From assembly GCA_050084985.1 (NCBI GenBank), contig JBITNC010000001.1, forward strand, positions 159,898,001 through 159,962,000: DNA of 64,000 nt. The letters run 5' to 3'. The position numbers and the translations under genes were made by a program. This DNA comes from Nageia nagi (Eukaryota > Plantae > Pinophyta). Below, piece after piece: positions 47,301 to 59,169 of this stretch (position 1 is the stretch's first letter; each line of letters opens with the position of its first letter). The notes below the pieces were generated by a model. It was not told the origin of the DNA, searched no databases, and worked only from the letters and a program-made list of their open reading frames with translations.

Positions 47301-50280
47301 ATGGTGCAAAATTCTCACTTTTTTGCAATCAATAAATTTGATTTAAAAATCAGAAAAATTGTAGAAGAAAATGAAAACAATTGGCATATTTTTCATCATA
47401 CATGTTCACATGATACTTTCAGTCTTTTAAACAGTTGGAACAGCCAACAAAGAAGCACCATGATTGGAAAAATTGAAAGAATTACAGTTGCAAATTTGAT
47501 GAATTTTTGGAGCAGCAAAAGGACTGATTCCACACTTGATTGGTTGACTTGTGTACATTTCAAGTATGGTTTAAAATGCAAATGGGATAAATGGGTTGTA
47601 CTTTTTGTTGAACCTTGGCATGCATTGGTTCATAATTTCATCTTGATGATTTTTGATTTCATTTTGAGAGTGTGTAATAGTTCCAGATGGAAAGTTAATC
47701 ATTTCATTTTCAGATTGTTGGAGTTGAAAGACATTTTGAGCAATTCATGGGTCTTAGAGAAGCACTTGGGTAGTCTTGATTGCATTTTTTCTACTTTTAT
47801 ACCGTTCATAGCCCTTGTGAAGACTCTTGAGTACACTTTGAAACCCTTTTACATCTTCAATTCAGGTTTGATTTGGAGCACACTACATTGAAGGATTTTA
47901 AGTTGGTATTTGATCATTGACATACATAAGATGGCATACAGTTTTCAGATTGCAGAACTTACACATGAAACTAATTTGATTTGTGAGTTTATTTGGGCAT
48001 ACACAAAGGAAGGTTTTATATATACTTGTCAAAATATTAGTACATCTTCCTTCATGTTTTGCACTCCACTTTGCAAGATGTTTTGGACTGTTCTGATGAC
48101 AATTAGTGTGGCTACAATTTATACAAATATGATTGTACATTGCATGATTTTTTATGCAATAAGAGTTGAGACTGATATGCATGAATTGCAAAATTGCATA
48201 TGTGTTCTTTTGCTCAACTTGGGTAAGGTAAAAACAAAAAATTTCATGTGTAAAGGTGCAATGATCAATTATAGGGAGAAAAGGAAGATAAATTCATACT
48301 TGGGCAGACATGAAAACATTCCACAAAGGTAAAAGTTGAATTCTGATTTTTATGACAGCATTGTACTATTTCATTTGGGGCATAATGAGGATGAACTTGT
48401 TGATAGAAAACATAATGAGTTTCAGAAATTGGTGTCTTGTGGTGATGCCAACATATTTGGGAAGGTAACTTATTTTCATTTTGCCATGAATTTAAGTTAT
48501 ATACTTTTTGCATTGGTTGGTTTTGAAAGTGTATTTTCAGTTATGGGAGCACATAGTCATGATTGTTGTGGTTTTGAACATAAAAGTGTGAGTAAGTCTT
48601 CATCCATGATGTGCACATTCAGTTCAAAGTTACTACAACAGTATGAAGAAGTATTGGAAAAGGTGTGGCAACATGTTTTTGACCAAGGAAAGCATTTTTG
48701 ATGAAGTCACTAATATTTGGCATGGTTTGAAAGTCATATGGGAGGTAATAAATTATGTAATTGGTTGTGATATTACTACTGTACATTTCATTTTCAGTCA
48801 CTATTTTCTTGAGATATTTGCTAGTTATCTTTCATTCATGCATGGCACAATGATGGGAAATAATGAAAGCAAAAGGTTAGATAAGTGTAATGCATTTATG
48901 GCTGTTGGAAAGAGAAAACCAAACCTCTTACACTTTTATTCCAGCCTATTTTCCAAGAGCTCAATCATCATTATTGATGATTTATTGATGCTTCTACATA
49001 ATGCAACTATGAGGGATGGAGAAAATCACACAGTTTGCCTACATTTTGGGAGTACAAAAACTATGTTTTTACTGTTGTTATGTATTCATGATGGACTTGG
49101 TGATGAAGAAGCAATATGGACTTTTGCCACATTTAGAAGTATGACTTGCTTTCATGAACACCATTGCTTTGATTTGGATTTGAAAGTTACTATTTCAGTT
49201 TTGGCTAGTTTGAGAGATGCAATTTCAGCCTTTGGAAGCTTGGGTTATATTTGTTTTGGGCATAAACATAATATGAATAATAAGTTTCAGATTTTGATAT
49301 GCACACTCAGTTCAGTTTTGAAACAGCAGTATGAAAGGACATGTAAGCACGTATGTGGGTTGTTTTTGGTAAAGAAAATTGTTCTTGATGAAGTCTTCAA
49401 TATCCTCCATTGCTTGATACATGAGTTATTGGACTTCATATGTGATTTTGAAGATGGTAACATGACTGCTATAATTCCATTATCTAGTTCTTATTTCATT
49501 GATACTTTTATTACTACTGCTGATTTTATCATTTTTATGCATAGTACAACTATTGGAAACAATGAAGGAATGATTTTAGATAATTTTGGGAGGTTTCAAC
49601 AGTCTTCATTCATTGTTGTATTGAAGAAATCAGACCTGTTTCATACTCAGTTTTGGCTAGCCTGCGTTAAATCAGACTTAACTTCACTCAATTTTGAGGC
49701 ATATGGAGGCTTGAGAGAGATTTGGGAAAGTTTTGGTAAAGTTCTCTTTGGTAGAATTGTTTGGGATCCTGGTATCAGAGATGATTTAAATTTGTTTCAG
49801 TTGAGCAAGGTAGAGTTGGTGTTGGGATTGCTTGAGGACAAGCAATTTGAGAAGGGCGGACTTGTAATGACCCTATTTTTAAGAATATCTTGCATTTGAG
49901 ATTTTCCACAAATCTTTTCTCCTACAAGTCAGATATGGTCGTTGCACCTTCAGAATTGGATAGAGCATCTCGTGGCATTTGTTTTAAGTGGTCACATGAC
50001 CCCTTTTGGACAAGAAATGAAGGAGTTATGGCTACTTGAAGTTCGTCAGTCGGACCAGTCTTCCATATCGCGCCTACACACAAAAATCCACTTAACTTAG
50101 TGGATTTTTACTTAAAAGTGCAATGTTGAATTATAATAAACTTTTATGTTATTCTAATATTATTTTAAGTATTTTTATTTGTAATAAGGCCAATCAATGG
50201 CTTAGATTAGCTTAGAGGGGTCAATGCAAGATTAGGGTTGGAGTCTATATAAGCAGATGCAACACTCCATTGAAGGTGTT
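44392..50280 (+). mobile_element. Element C: relatively young non-autonomous chromovirus-derived LTR element with a truncated 3' LTR
   Basis: 5' LTR at 44392-45244, PBS at 45247-45258, PPT GAGAAGGGCGGA, 3' LTR at 49863-~50280. The LTRs differ at about ten positions over ~410 bp (counted by eye). Confidence 0.92.
46140..49899 (+). pseudogene. Element C cargo ORF, ~1250 codons with 3 in-frame stops and 1 frameshift; no RT/IN/PR
   Basis: ATG 46140 and ORFs 46176, 47910 and 48336 share one frame; ORF 48643 continues after a shift. Gag-like KMTIPTFNGQD near the start, WDPGI twice, and a LLEDKQFEKGGLV tail reading into the LTR. Confidence 0.8.
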
Positions 50281-51188
50281 CACTTGAATCTGATTATTGT
50301 TGATAAGAGTGTAATTTGGCATGTCTTATTGAGGATTGATTTCCTTGACACATTCCTTTCTATGCATTGTGCCCACTGTCACTGTCTTTGTACAAAAGCA
50401 TGTACATAATTTCAATGGTAGTAGAAAGTACACATTCTTTTACAAATCATAGGAAAACATCCAACTAAAGGAAGAAAGATACTCCATTCTTACTTAAAAC
50501 ACAAGTATTAGGATCCTCAAAGAGGTGAAATATGGATCTGTGGAGAAGATACTAAATTTCCTGACTCCTTTTCGTAAAATTACTTTTCGACAAAAATGTT
50601 AAAACAAGTGTATTAACAAGCATGAAAATCTTGATAAATATATGTTATTGTGAGCTTTGAAATAGTCATATTTTTTTAATATGTTTTATTTTCCATATCC
50701 CATAAAATGTCCTACAACCATAAAATGGTAAGCTTGATGATAATCCAATCATTGTATTTTAAGTTTTCTTCTCATAACAGCCATATGTGCACAAATTCAT
50801 AAAGTTTCTTCCCTCCTATAAAACTAGTCTTAATCTTGATTTTGGCTGCTGGGTCATTGGTTATTTAGCATATTTCCCAAAAAAAAATTCATTAACTGCA
50901 CCTACTTGTCAGCGATTATCGTGTGCTTTAAGCAAGATAAAAAATTAAATGTCTACAAAAAAACTTTTAAGATATCTAAAATGTCAAATAAAACTTTTAT
51001 TTTAGAAATTAACTACTATAATACATTACAGGCAAATTAATTTCTCTTCATTCATTACTTCAGATTCCAATTACATATCAATAGCCCAAAGAGGTTTATC
51101 GTAGTTAAATGGCATCTATGTGCTAAATTACACTAAGCAAATAAGAAATACATATCCAATTATTTGCAAGGAGAAAAATGAGAATTAC

Positions 51189-51298
51189 CCATTATTTGGT
51201 TCTACAAAGTATACAGATAAACCTTCCACCTTTCCATGCCAAACTTTGATTTGGGCACCTCCAAAAGAAAATTCTTGCCTAAATTGAAGGTCATACAC
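51189..51298 (-). CDS. SS3: Starch synthase III (GT5 catalytic domain) internal exon, 110 bp
   Basis: Minus strand reads tgtgtAG|GTG TAT GAC...AAT AAT GG|GTaatt and translates without stops to VYDLQFRQEFSFGGAQIKVWHGKVEGLSVYFVEPNN-G. This matches the conserved plant SSIII segment GGTEIKVWFGKVEGLSVYFLEPQNG. The split Gly codon joins in phase with the next exon. Confidence 0.93.
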
Positions 51299-52591
51299 CT
51301 ACACATTGATTGTAAATAATTATTCAGAGATTAACAAAGCCATGCTCAATAAACGAATTGAAGCACATATTTACATAGTAACAATTCCATGCATACTTAC
51401 CATGTTCAGTAAAATGCTTACTGGAGAAAACGAAAACATAATTTCATGGCATTTTTTATCATTAAGTATGCATGCTTCTAGTATTATACATTATACATCA
51501 AAGATGCTTGCATATTTAACATGTCTAATATAAACTTATATAATCACTAAGCAAAATGAACCATGTCACAAATATTTGTCATATAGCAAACCACATTGTT
51601 AAAGTGCTTGATCAATTTCTATTGAATGTGGATGTTCTTACTTTCAATGTTTTTTCATGTATGGTGATCATCTACAGAATGGTTAAACAGTAATTATGAT
51701 AATAAAATAAACTATTTCACATATTTTGCTCTCAATCCATGGTTTTTTTGCATTGATATGGGTGGCATTTTTAGGTATTGTGTACACTGTATATACCTTG
51801 CACTGCTTTATGTTTAGAATAGCTAACTATTGATGTTATATTAAGCTTTTGGCATATCTGTGCTCCATGACGTCAGGTCCATAAATATTCAAATTCATGC
51901 AATCAGAGGACAATAATGTGTGTGTGTGTGTCTATAAAGAGAGAAAGTGAAAGGAATAGAAATTTATGAGAAACAAGATGTTTGATTCTACTTCATCATG
52001 CAACAATCGAGACTCCTTGGTAATAAATATTGGCCAAGAAGATCCAAGAAAATAGGTTGCTCAATGTAAAGAAAAAGTATATGTCCACCACTTTCATGAT
52101 TTTCTTTAAAGGTTGAAGCAAAAAGATTTGGTGGTACAAACTCAAGTCTACAAATCAAAATGAATTAAAACAAAGATATAATCAAAGAAGTTTTTATTGG
52201 CAAAAAACAAGTATTAAAATCATCGCCATGATGTATAATCATAATAAATGTGATTGACCAAACATCACGTAAAGATCCAATCACTTGGAAAAGAAATCAA
52301 GAAGTTGTAAAAAATCAGTAAAATGAACTACAATAATCTAAAGCTTATTGAAAAACGTGAAGAACGTAATCATGTTTTAAATCACAATCAAATATTGTCA
52401 AAAGAAATAAAACACTTCAACTCAATATATAAGTTCATAGGAAAAAATTAAATTTGCCCAAATATAACAACAGAACGTGAAACTCATACACAGTAGTGAC
52501 TAAATTTCTTAAGATTCTTTCATTGTTGATGATAAGGATATTCAAACTATACTAAACATATTCACCAAATATATGCCAAATAACTAGCAAT

Positions 52592-52665
52592 AGGGCCTTG
52601 GTCAACTTGTTGACTCATTGTGGTATTCAACACCCACCAAGGTTCAAAACCTAGCAGCACTTTAA
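52592..52665 (+). mobile_element. Possible tRNA-derived SINE head remnant
   Basis: A-box-like TGGTCAACTTG and B-box-like GGTTCAAAACC at plausible spacing; very degenerate. Confidence 0.25.
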
Positions 52666-52698
52666 GCCTACAATGATGATGTTGGCATTTTCTGACGA

Positions 52699-53930
52699 CT
52701 TTTTTTTTGGGTTGGAAAAAAGATTAGATTAAAACTAGTGATAAATTACAAAAGAGTTTCCGATAAGAAGGACTACAACAGAACTAGTAAAATCTAAAAG
52801 GAAATAACGAGTAAAATCTGAATGAAGATATCTATTGAGGTTGACAGCAGCAAAGTGATACCGCCCTTAGGTTGTCAGGTGTCCATTGAGCACAAAAAGC
52901 ATCCCATGTTGACAAAAACTAATTCAAGAAATCAATATGCACTGGCCTTGTACTATAATTCTCTCTACCTTTGCATGGTTGGGAGACTTGGATGATCTGA
53001 AGAGGCGATAGGGTCTGTTGCCGAAGATATAGTTGGGTGTTGTTGCATACGATCCCACACCTTGGCAAAGAATTATAGTGCCACTTTCCATGAGACAACT
53101 ATTTTGATTCCAAATGGTTTGTTGAGGAGGATTGGGTGGACTCGACTATTGACTTGTCCATTTGGAACTGGAAGTCAAAGGAATTTATGAGCTCATTTTG
53201 TCTATCTTGAACAAATTAGAGATGCATACGGGGAGGATAGTTGATGCGACCCAAGGCTAGAGGATCATGTGCTCTACAATCGTAGGCTTTTAAGATGGGT
53301 AATCACAAGAAGATATTATCAATTTCCACTCCAGAATCAGAATTAATGGGGCGTAGGCTTCCCGTACGTTAGCCATTTGAATACCAATCATGTCCCACAC
53401 CATGTCCTCTATGCACGCCTTGCTTCTAAACATTTTTTATTCCTTTCCAATGAAATGTTCCAAGAGATCATTGTTGGAGCTGCGTTCGAGAGGATTTGCA
53501 AAACTTTCATTATTAATGGAAAATGTTAGGAGTTTAGGAGATTGCCTATTGATCTTGTGATGACCCAAGGAGCTGAAAAATGAGCTAGAACCCTCCCCTA
53601 CAACCTGAAGGTGAAGGGCCAGTATATGAGAAGGTGAGGACTTGTTTCTTCTTTTGTACCACACACTTGAAGATCTCAAACCATCCTCGTTTGTGTAATT
53701 GATCACTTGATAGGAGTTTATCATGGACTTTTACCCATTGAAAACAATTGGCTTTGGGCCAAGCTTTAGACTTCCAAGCATGCTTCCACACTACAAGAGG
53801 AAAGCTTTATGAAATAGGGTAGGAAAAGGAGTTGTAAGCCAACCGGACTAAGTTCGTTCTAGACGGATTAGGAGATCAAATGAGTTTGTCAAGTGACTAA
53901 AATAGGTCAATGGGATTCTAGAAATAAAGA
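52699..53930 (-). mobile_element. 5'-truncated L1-clade LINE (zf-RVT region, 3' UTR, poly-A)
   Basis: WKHAWKSKAWPKANCFQWVKVHDKLLSSDQLHKRGW...C is the zf-RVT signature. T-run at ~52700-52707. Confidence 0.8.
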
Positions 53931-55132
53931 CAAGTGAATACGAATCACTATTTAAGCCCAAAGGGTGTCTCTAAATACATAAGAACACAACTTAAGTAGG
54001 CTAAAGGATGATATAAATTAAGTTTTGAATAGCATGTGAGAATTATCAACTGAAATAGCACAATGTTGTGTTGGTATATTTTTCTTTCCTCCCAAAACAA
54101 CAAAACCACTTACGTGAAGCAGCGTTACCTACTTCTGCTTGAAAGGACTCTCTACCTCAAGGTTTCACATGGAATAGGGTATTGCTCAAGCAACAAGAGA
54201 TATGAACTGTTAACCTTTATACAATGTGGGCTCCGCAAAGACTTAAATCATAAATCGAATGCTCAAGCAAGGAAAGATCATAGATGTGAACGAAAGCGAA
54301 GAAAGATCACAAATGAGAGGCTAATGCATAGGAACGTAAAAATGAAGCAAATGAAACATTTTGAACCAGCAATGCATTGTCTAGACAATTCACTCCTCGG
54401 ATTCTTTAAGAAGTAATATTCACTTATCAAACTTCCCAACAAATAGCAAAGCCCAAGTTGCTACTAAGTAAGAGTATGGGGCTACTCGCTCCAGTATGGG
54501 TGGTTCAATGATAGGTGAAAATGAAGGTAAATGACCAACATGTGAATATAAACCTCAAACTGAATGACATAAAGAGGAACTTTTGTCCAGAGTACATTCA
54601 CTTGATATGCAAATTATGCACTAAACAATTCAACCACTCCAAAATATATTCAACTAGCCTCTATTAAAATGCATAGTTTTCAAAGAGAATGATCATAAGC
54701 AACATAATTATTTAACCAATAAGAAAATCTTACAAGATAGATGCATAATCCGATGAAATGAAAGCTTTATTGTATTCTTCAAACCACTATTCCAAAAAGA
54801 AAATAACTTTGCAAAAGATACTCTGCAACACACCATAGCATTCCTTTCTTTGATAGCAAAAATACCCTTCCAAATGAGTGAAGTGGGATATATATAGTAT
54901 CCACAAAGTGTCTGCATTAAATGCAGCGTTGCCCTAAAGACATAAAATCTGATATGAAATGCTCATCACATCAACACAAATAACTATGCAAATCCGGCTA
55001 CCATGGCATCTAGAAATTGACAAAAATAAATGCCATAGCCATAAAACGTAACATGTCTAATCTATGCAAAATGAAATCAGATATAGCCGCAAGTCTGACA
55101 TTTGAATCGATGGTAGCAAAAATGTAATGTCC

Positions 55133-58100
55133 CCATTTTTTAGGTGTTTTCCCCATTTCACCTTTGATAAATTGGAACATTAATTTAGGAGTGTGTTTGT
55201 TATTATTTATGTATTTTGGGCAAAATGGGCAAAATGAAGTAAATTCCACTTAGAGACTCAATAATGCTCTAATTATAGAATAAATGGCTTTTTTATTTAT
55301 TTATTTGCCAAAATGCCAATTAATGATGTATTTGTGATACCAACACAACTATAAGTGTAAATGCAATATTAGTCTCAATGAATGAGGCGTTGCATATTCG
55401 AGCCTTGATGATTGTAATATTGGCATTAAATGTATCTCAAGTCATTAGTGCTCCCCTCTGAGGTAGAGCATCCCCCTAGGTAATTGCACCGACTATGTAG
55501 CTCCAAGGGTGAACCTGGCACTTCGAACTAACCGTTGGCGATCTCAATGGAAGTGAACGGCCCTTGCACATGGATGTTGGGCTTTGGAGGATCCCAAGAC
55601 CCCACGTTGGCTACCTAGGCACATGGACCGATGGAGTTGATCACAAGGCACTCCGGAATCACCCTCTCTTAGATGTTGGCTTTTATGGGCCCTCGGATGT
55701 GATTACACTTATCCCAAGGCTTCCCATCTTGGTCATTCCATACAAGAGCACAAGGATCACATCTCTCCATCGTTGGATCATCCCAAAGCAAGATTAGAAG
55801 ATGATCATCCTCACTTATAAAAGGAGAACTCATATTCATTGAGAGATATGCTGAATTTGATTTTAAACCATTTTATTCTAGATTGAGTAGAGGCTCTATC
55901 TTTGCCACTTGTGGGGCGACCTGCATTTGAGGTATTGAAGGGAGAGGAGGCTACCTTCGAACTTACTCTCGCCATCTTGAGAGGATCGTTGTTGGTTTCA
56001 TCACAATTGTTGTACAGGAGACCTGGTCTTGCCTCACTACTTCTCGGATTGGTGAGACCCTAGAGCCATCCGAAATAAACCAATAGGAGATAGTCCTAGT
56101 ACAAACTCCATTGGTAGACAAAAACATTGTAATTGCTCCTCTTGCTATATTCAAATACAATTACATTTTATTGTCGCAATACTGTTGTTTATCTATTTGT
56201 GATTGAATATTGGATTGTGGAGTCATTTTTGCACTGTTTGAATATCAATTATGCTCCCAAACTGGGACGTTGCATCTTGGAAGAAGTTTGCATTGTTTAC
56301 TTGCTATTTTTGCTCCCCGATTGGAACATTGGAATATTGGGAGAATTATTTGCTTGTTCGGTGTGTTCTTGCTCCCTAACTAGGACGATGCAACTAGAGA
56401 TATATTTTGCATTCTTGAAGTTGTTAATTGCTCCATAACTGGGACGTTGGGTCTGGAAGTGGATTTTCATAGTTTAAGACCTATTTATGCTTCTTTGCCT
56501 GGTCATTGGGATTACGAGTGTATTTTCGAAATATCATTGCAAAATATATCAATCCTTGCTAGATATCAGACTACTTGTGCAATTTTGAGTTTGCTTGGGT
56601 AGTTTGAAGCTTGGAATCCAAACATCCCTCTCCTAGGGCATGTTTGAGGATTGAGCCCAGAAACAGCTCATCACAGTGGTATCAAAGCCCTGATTTTGCC
56701 ATCTTGTGGGGAATCAAGGGCATCATTCGCGGAGGATTTTGTGAAAAGTTGAGAGAGACTAAAAGACTGGATACCTACATCACAGTGGTATCACATTGTT
56801 GAAGAGTAGTTGGAGATCTTACACTTGTTGTTGGGTAAGAAATAAGTAGTTATTGCTAAAGGAGATTGTTGGAGCAATTGGAGGAGCTGAAAAGGATTCA
56901 TAGTGATATTTTGCTAGATCACATTGCTATTTGTGGAGAGTTCTTGTTGTGGAGTTGACCTAGCATCACAATGGACATTCTGAAGGAGTTCTGGAAGATC
57001 ATGCAGCCCTATCTCATCCTTCTAGCAAGTTGTTTGGCATCTCTTGGCCCTAATTCTGAATTTTGAAGTTTCAAGGAGGTTCATACAGCTTCGAAAGGTT
57101 CATTCCTGGAAATTTTTTGCATTTTTTACTTCAAGTTAAGTTATCTGATCCCATCTAGGGCTAGACATTGGTATTCTAGAGCTATTTTGGTAACTCATTC
57201 GGCATTTTGTAGGTCCTTGAAGGAGGACGTTGGTATTCTGGGGGCATTTTTGTGCCAAAGTTGCATTTTGGGAACACTAAGAGGCAAATGTTGGTATTCT
57301 GAGGGCATTTTTGTACCCAAAGCTACATTTTCGGACCATCAAGAGGAAAACATTGATATTCTAGGGAGATTTTTGTGATTGAAGCTGCATTTCGAGACAA
57401 TCTAAGGCTGGATGTTGCATTTCTGGGTCACTGGAGGCTGTACGTTGCACTACTGAGGGCAATTTTGAGCATAGCTTTGTATTTGAGCTCTCTAGAAGGA
57501 ATACGTTGGTGAATTGAGCACTTTTCAGAGGTCAATTCTGCATTTTGAGGCCACCTAAAGCAGGACATTGAGTTTCTAAGAGGTATTTCGCGATTTTTGC
57601 TACATTTTGGAGGTGCCTAAAGTGGGATGTTGGCTTGTTGAGGCCAATTGGGTGTTTTTGTTGCATTTCAAGTGTCACTACTTGTAAGTATCATTTTAAT
57701 TTCATCACGGAAGACAAATATTGACAATTTGTAGGATTTTTCTAGACATATTGGCCACTATTTTTTGGTGAATTCGATGCTACACATCACTGGAAGGAGG
57801 ACGTGGGAAAATAGGGTAGTCAATTTGTTGTTATTAACTCAAATTCGCAATGGTGTCTACACCATGGAGGCTTGAGAAGGAGACAATGAGATTATTTTGT
57901 TGTTGTAATCAGAATTGGAGGTTAGAAGTGAGACTTTGGGAGTACAGGAAGCTCTTTCAACTATGAGCTTGCAAAAGCCTCATCCCTTGAGGTATCTTGA
58001 TCAATTTTCAAAATTTGAGACCTGTTGGCATGGAAACTTTTCCTAGTGCTCGATGATCTCCTGCACGATCTAGATGGGAAAGCAACCCAGCATTTAGGTG

Positions 58101-58250
58101 AGATAGCGTAACTTACCTCTTCTTGAAAGGACTGAAACACCAAGGTTTGTTCGTGTTCCCATTGAAGTAGCACAATTTCATATGGTTTTGGGGAATGAAC
58201 TCAATTGGTTTGATAGAGGTACTAGCTGTTAACTCACGTTTTTTATAGGG
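55133..58250 (+). mobile_element. Element D: 5' LTR (55133-56675), PBS (56677-56688) and decayed internal region of a related gypsy element
   Basis: TGTAATG...CATCACA termini; PBS followed by GATTTTGCCATCTTGTGGG. The 3' boundary is uncertain. Confidence 0.7.
57110..57670 (+). repeat. Diverged ~55-60-bp tandem repeats in the element D leader
   Basis: Recurrent gacattggtattctgagggcatttttg...tgcatttt units. Confidence 0.75.
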
Positions 58251-58956
58251 ACAAGGTGTTTATGCCATAATTGAAAGTTGTGGTTTTGTAAAAAAAGAAT
58301 GCAAGAAAGATAAAAAAAGTAAATAAATGAGAATGATCCAATACTGGCTAGATCACAACACGATTGTCACAACAAAGCATTGTCTAAAATAAGACATTTT
58401 CTAATCAATCAAGAAGTTCCCATTCATTCAACCTAGTTCAAAGTAAATGACCTTTGTCCAATTATCTTTGAATCTAGAGCACAAGGCAATACCGATTATC
58501 AGTACTTCGCGAACGGGATTGATGCATTCAGATAAACTTAGCGTGGAATGCACTTTTCGAATCAGGTTTGAATGAGAGCTTCAAATTAGATGTAGAAAAG
58601 AAATAGTTTCATAATACATTTCTTTCAATATGCGAAAGGAAAACGAGTAGCAAACTAGAAGATTTGAAAGACAATTTTCTCCTAAAACTCGAAAGTTTTC
58701 AAGGAAAGAAATGAAAACACTCGAAATATAAAAGAGAGCCACAAAAGAGATCCAATTCACCACTCCAAAAATGTCAAAATCGCTTGAGAAAATAAGTCAC
58801 CACTTTGTATTAGCATGTAAAAGAGTTACAGAAAATTTTCCAAAATTTTCCTCCTTTACCAAAAAAATTGAACTTTTCTCCAAATTTTCATTCTACATAA
58901 AAATGACCCTATAGGGTCTATTTATAGAATTTCTAGGGTTCCCAAGTGTTGCCTTA

Positions 58957-58960
<4 letters not shown>

Positions 58961-59031
<71 letters not shown>
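58961..59031. repeat. (TA)n microsatellite
   Basis: Directly visible. Confidence 0.98.
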
Positions 59032-59034
<3 letters not shown>

Positions 59035-59169
59035 CCTGCTACAACTAAGTCAACTGACTTTTGGTGCTCTATTTGCCAGGCTAATTGATCATGAGAGCAG
59101 GCTTAGTAGAGTTTTGGTGCTCAACTTTCCCGGATGATTGATTTACAAAATTTTGAAAAATGACTAAAA

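Larger units (their letters stand above)
29128..51188 (-). other. SS3 intron, 22,061 bp, GT-AG, filled mostly by nested transposons
   Basis: Canonical GT (plus-strand ac 51187-51188) and AG (plus-strand ct 29128-29129) join two consecutive SSIII exons in frame. Confidence 0.85.

Noticed and set aside
46176-47891. 571-aa ORF as a host gene
   Set aside because: It lies between the PBS and PPT of an LTR element and is part of a longer broken frame; treated as TE cargo.
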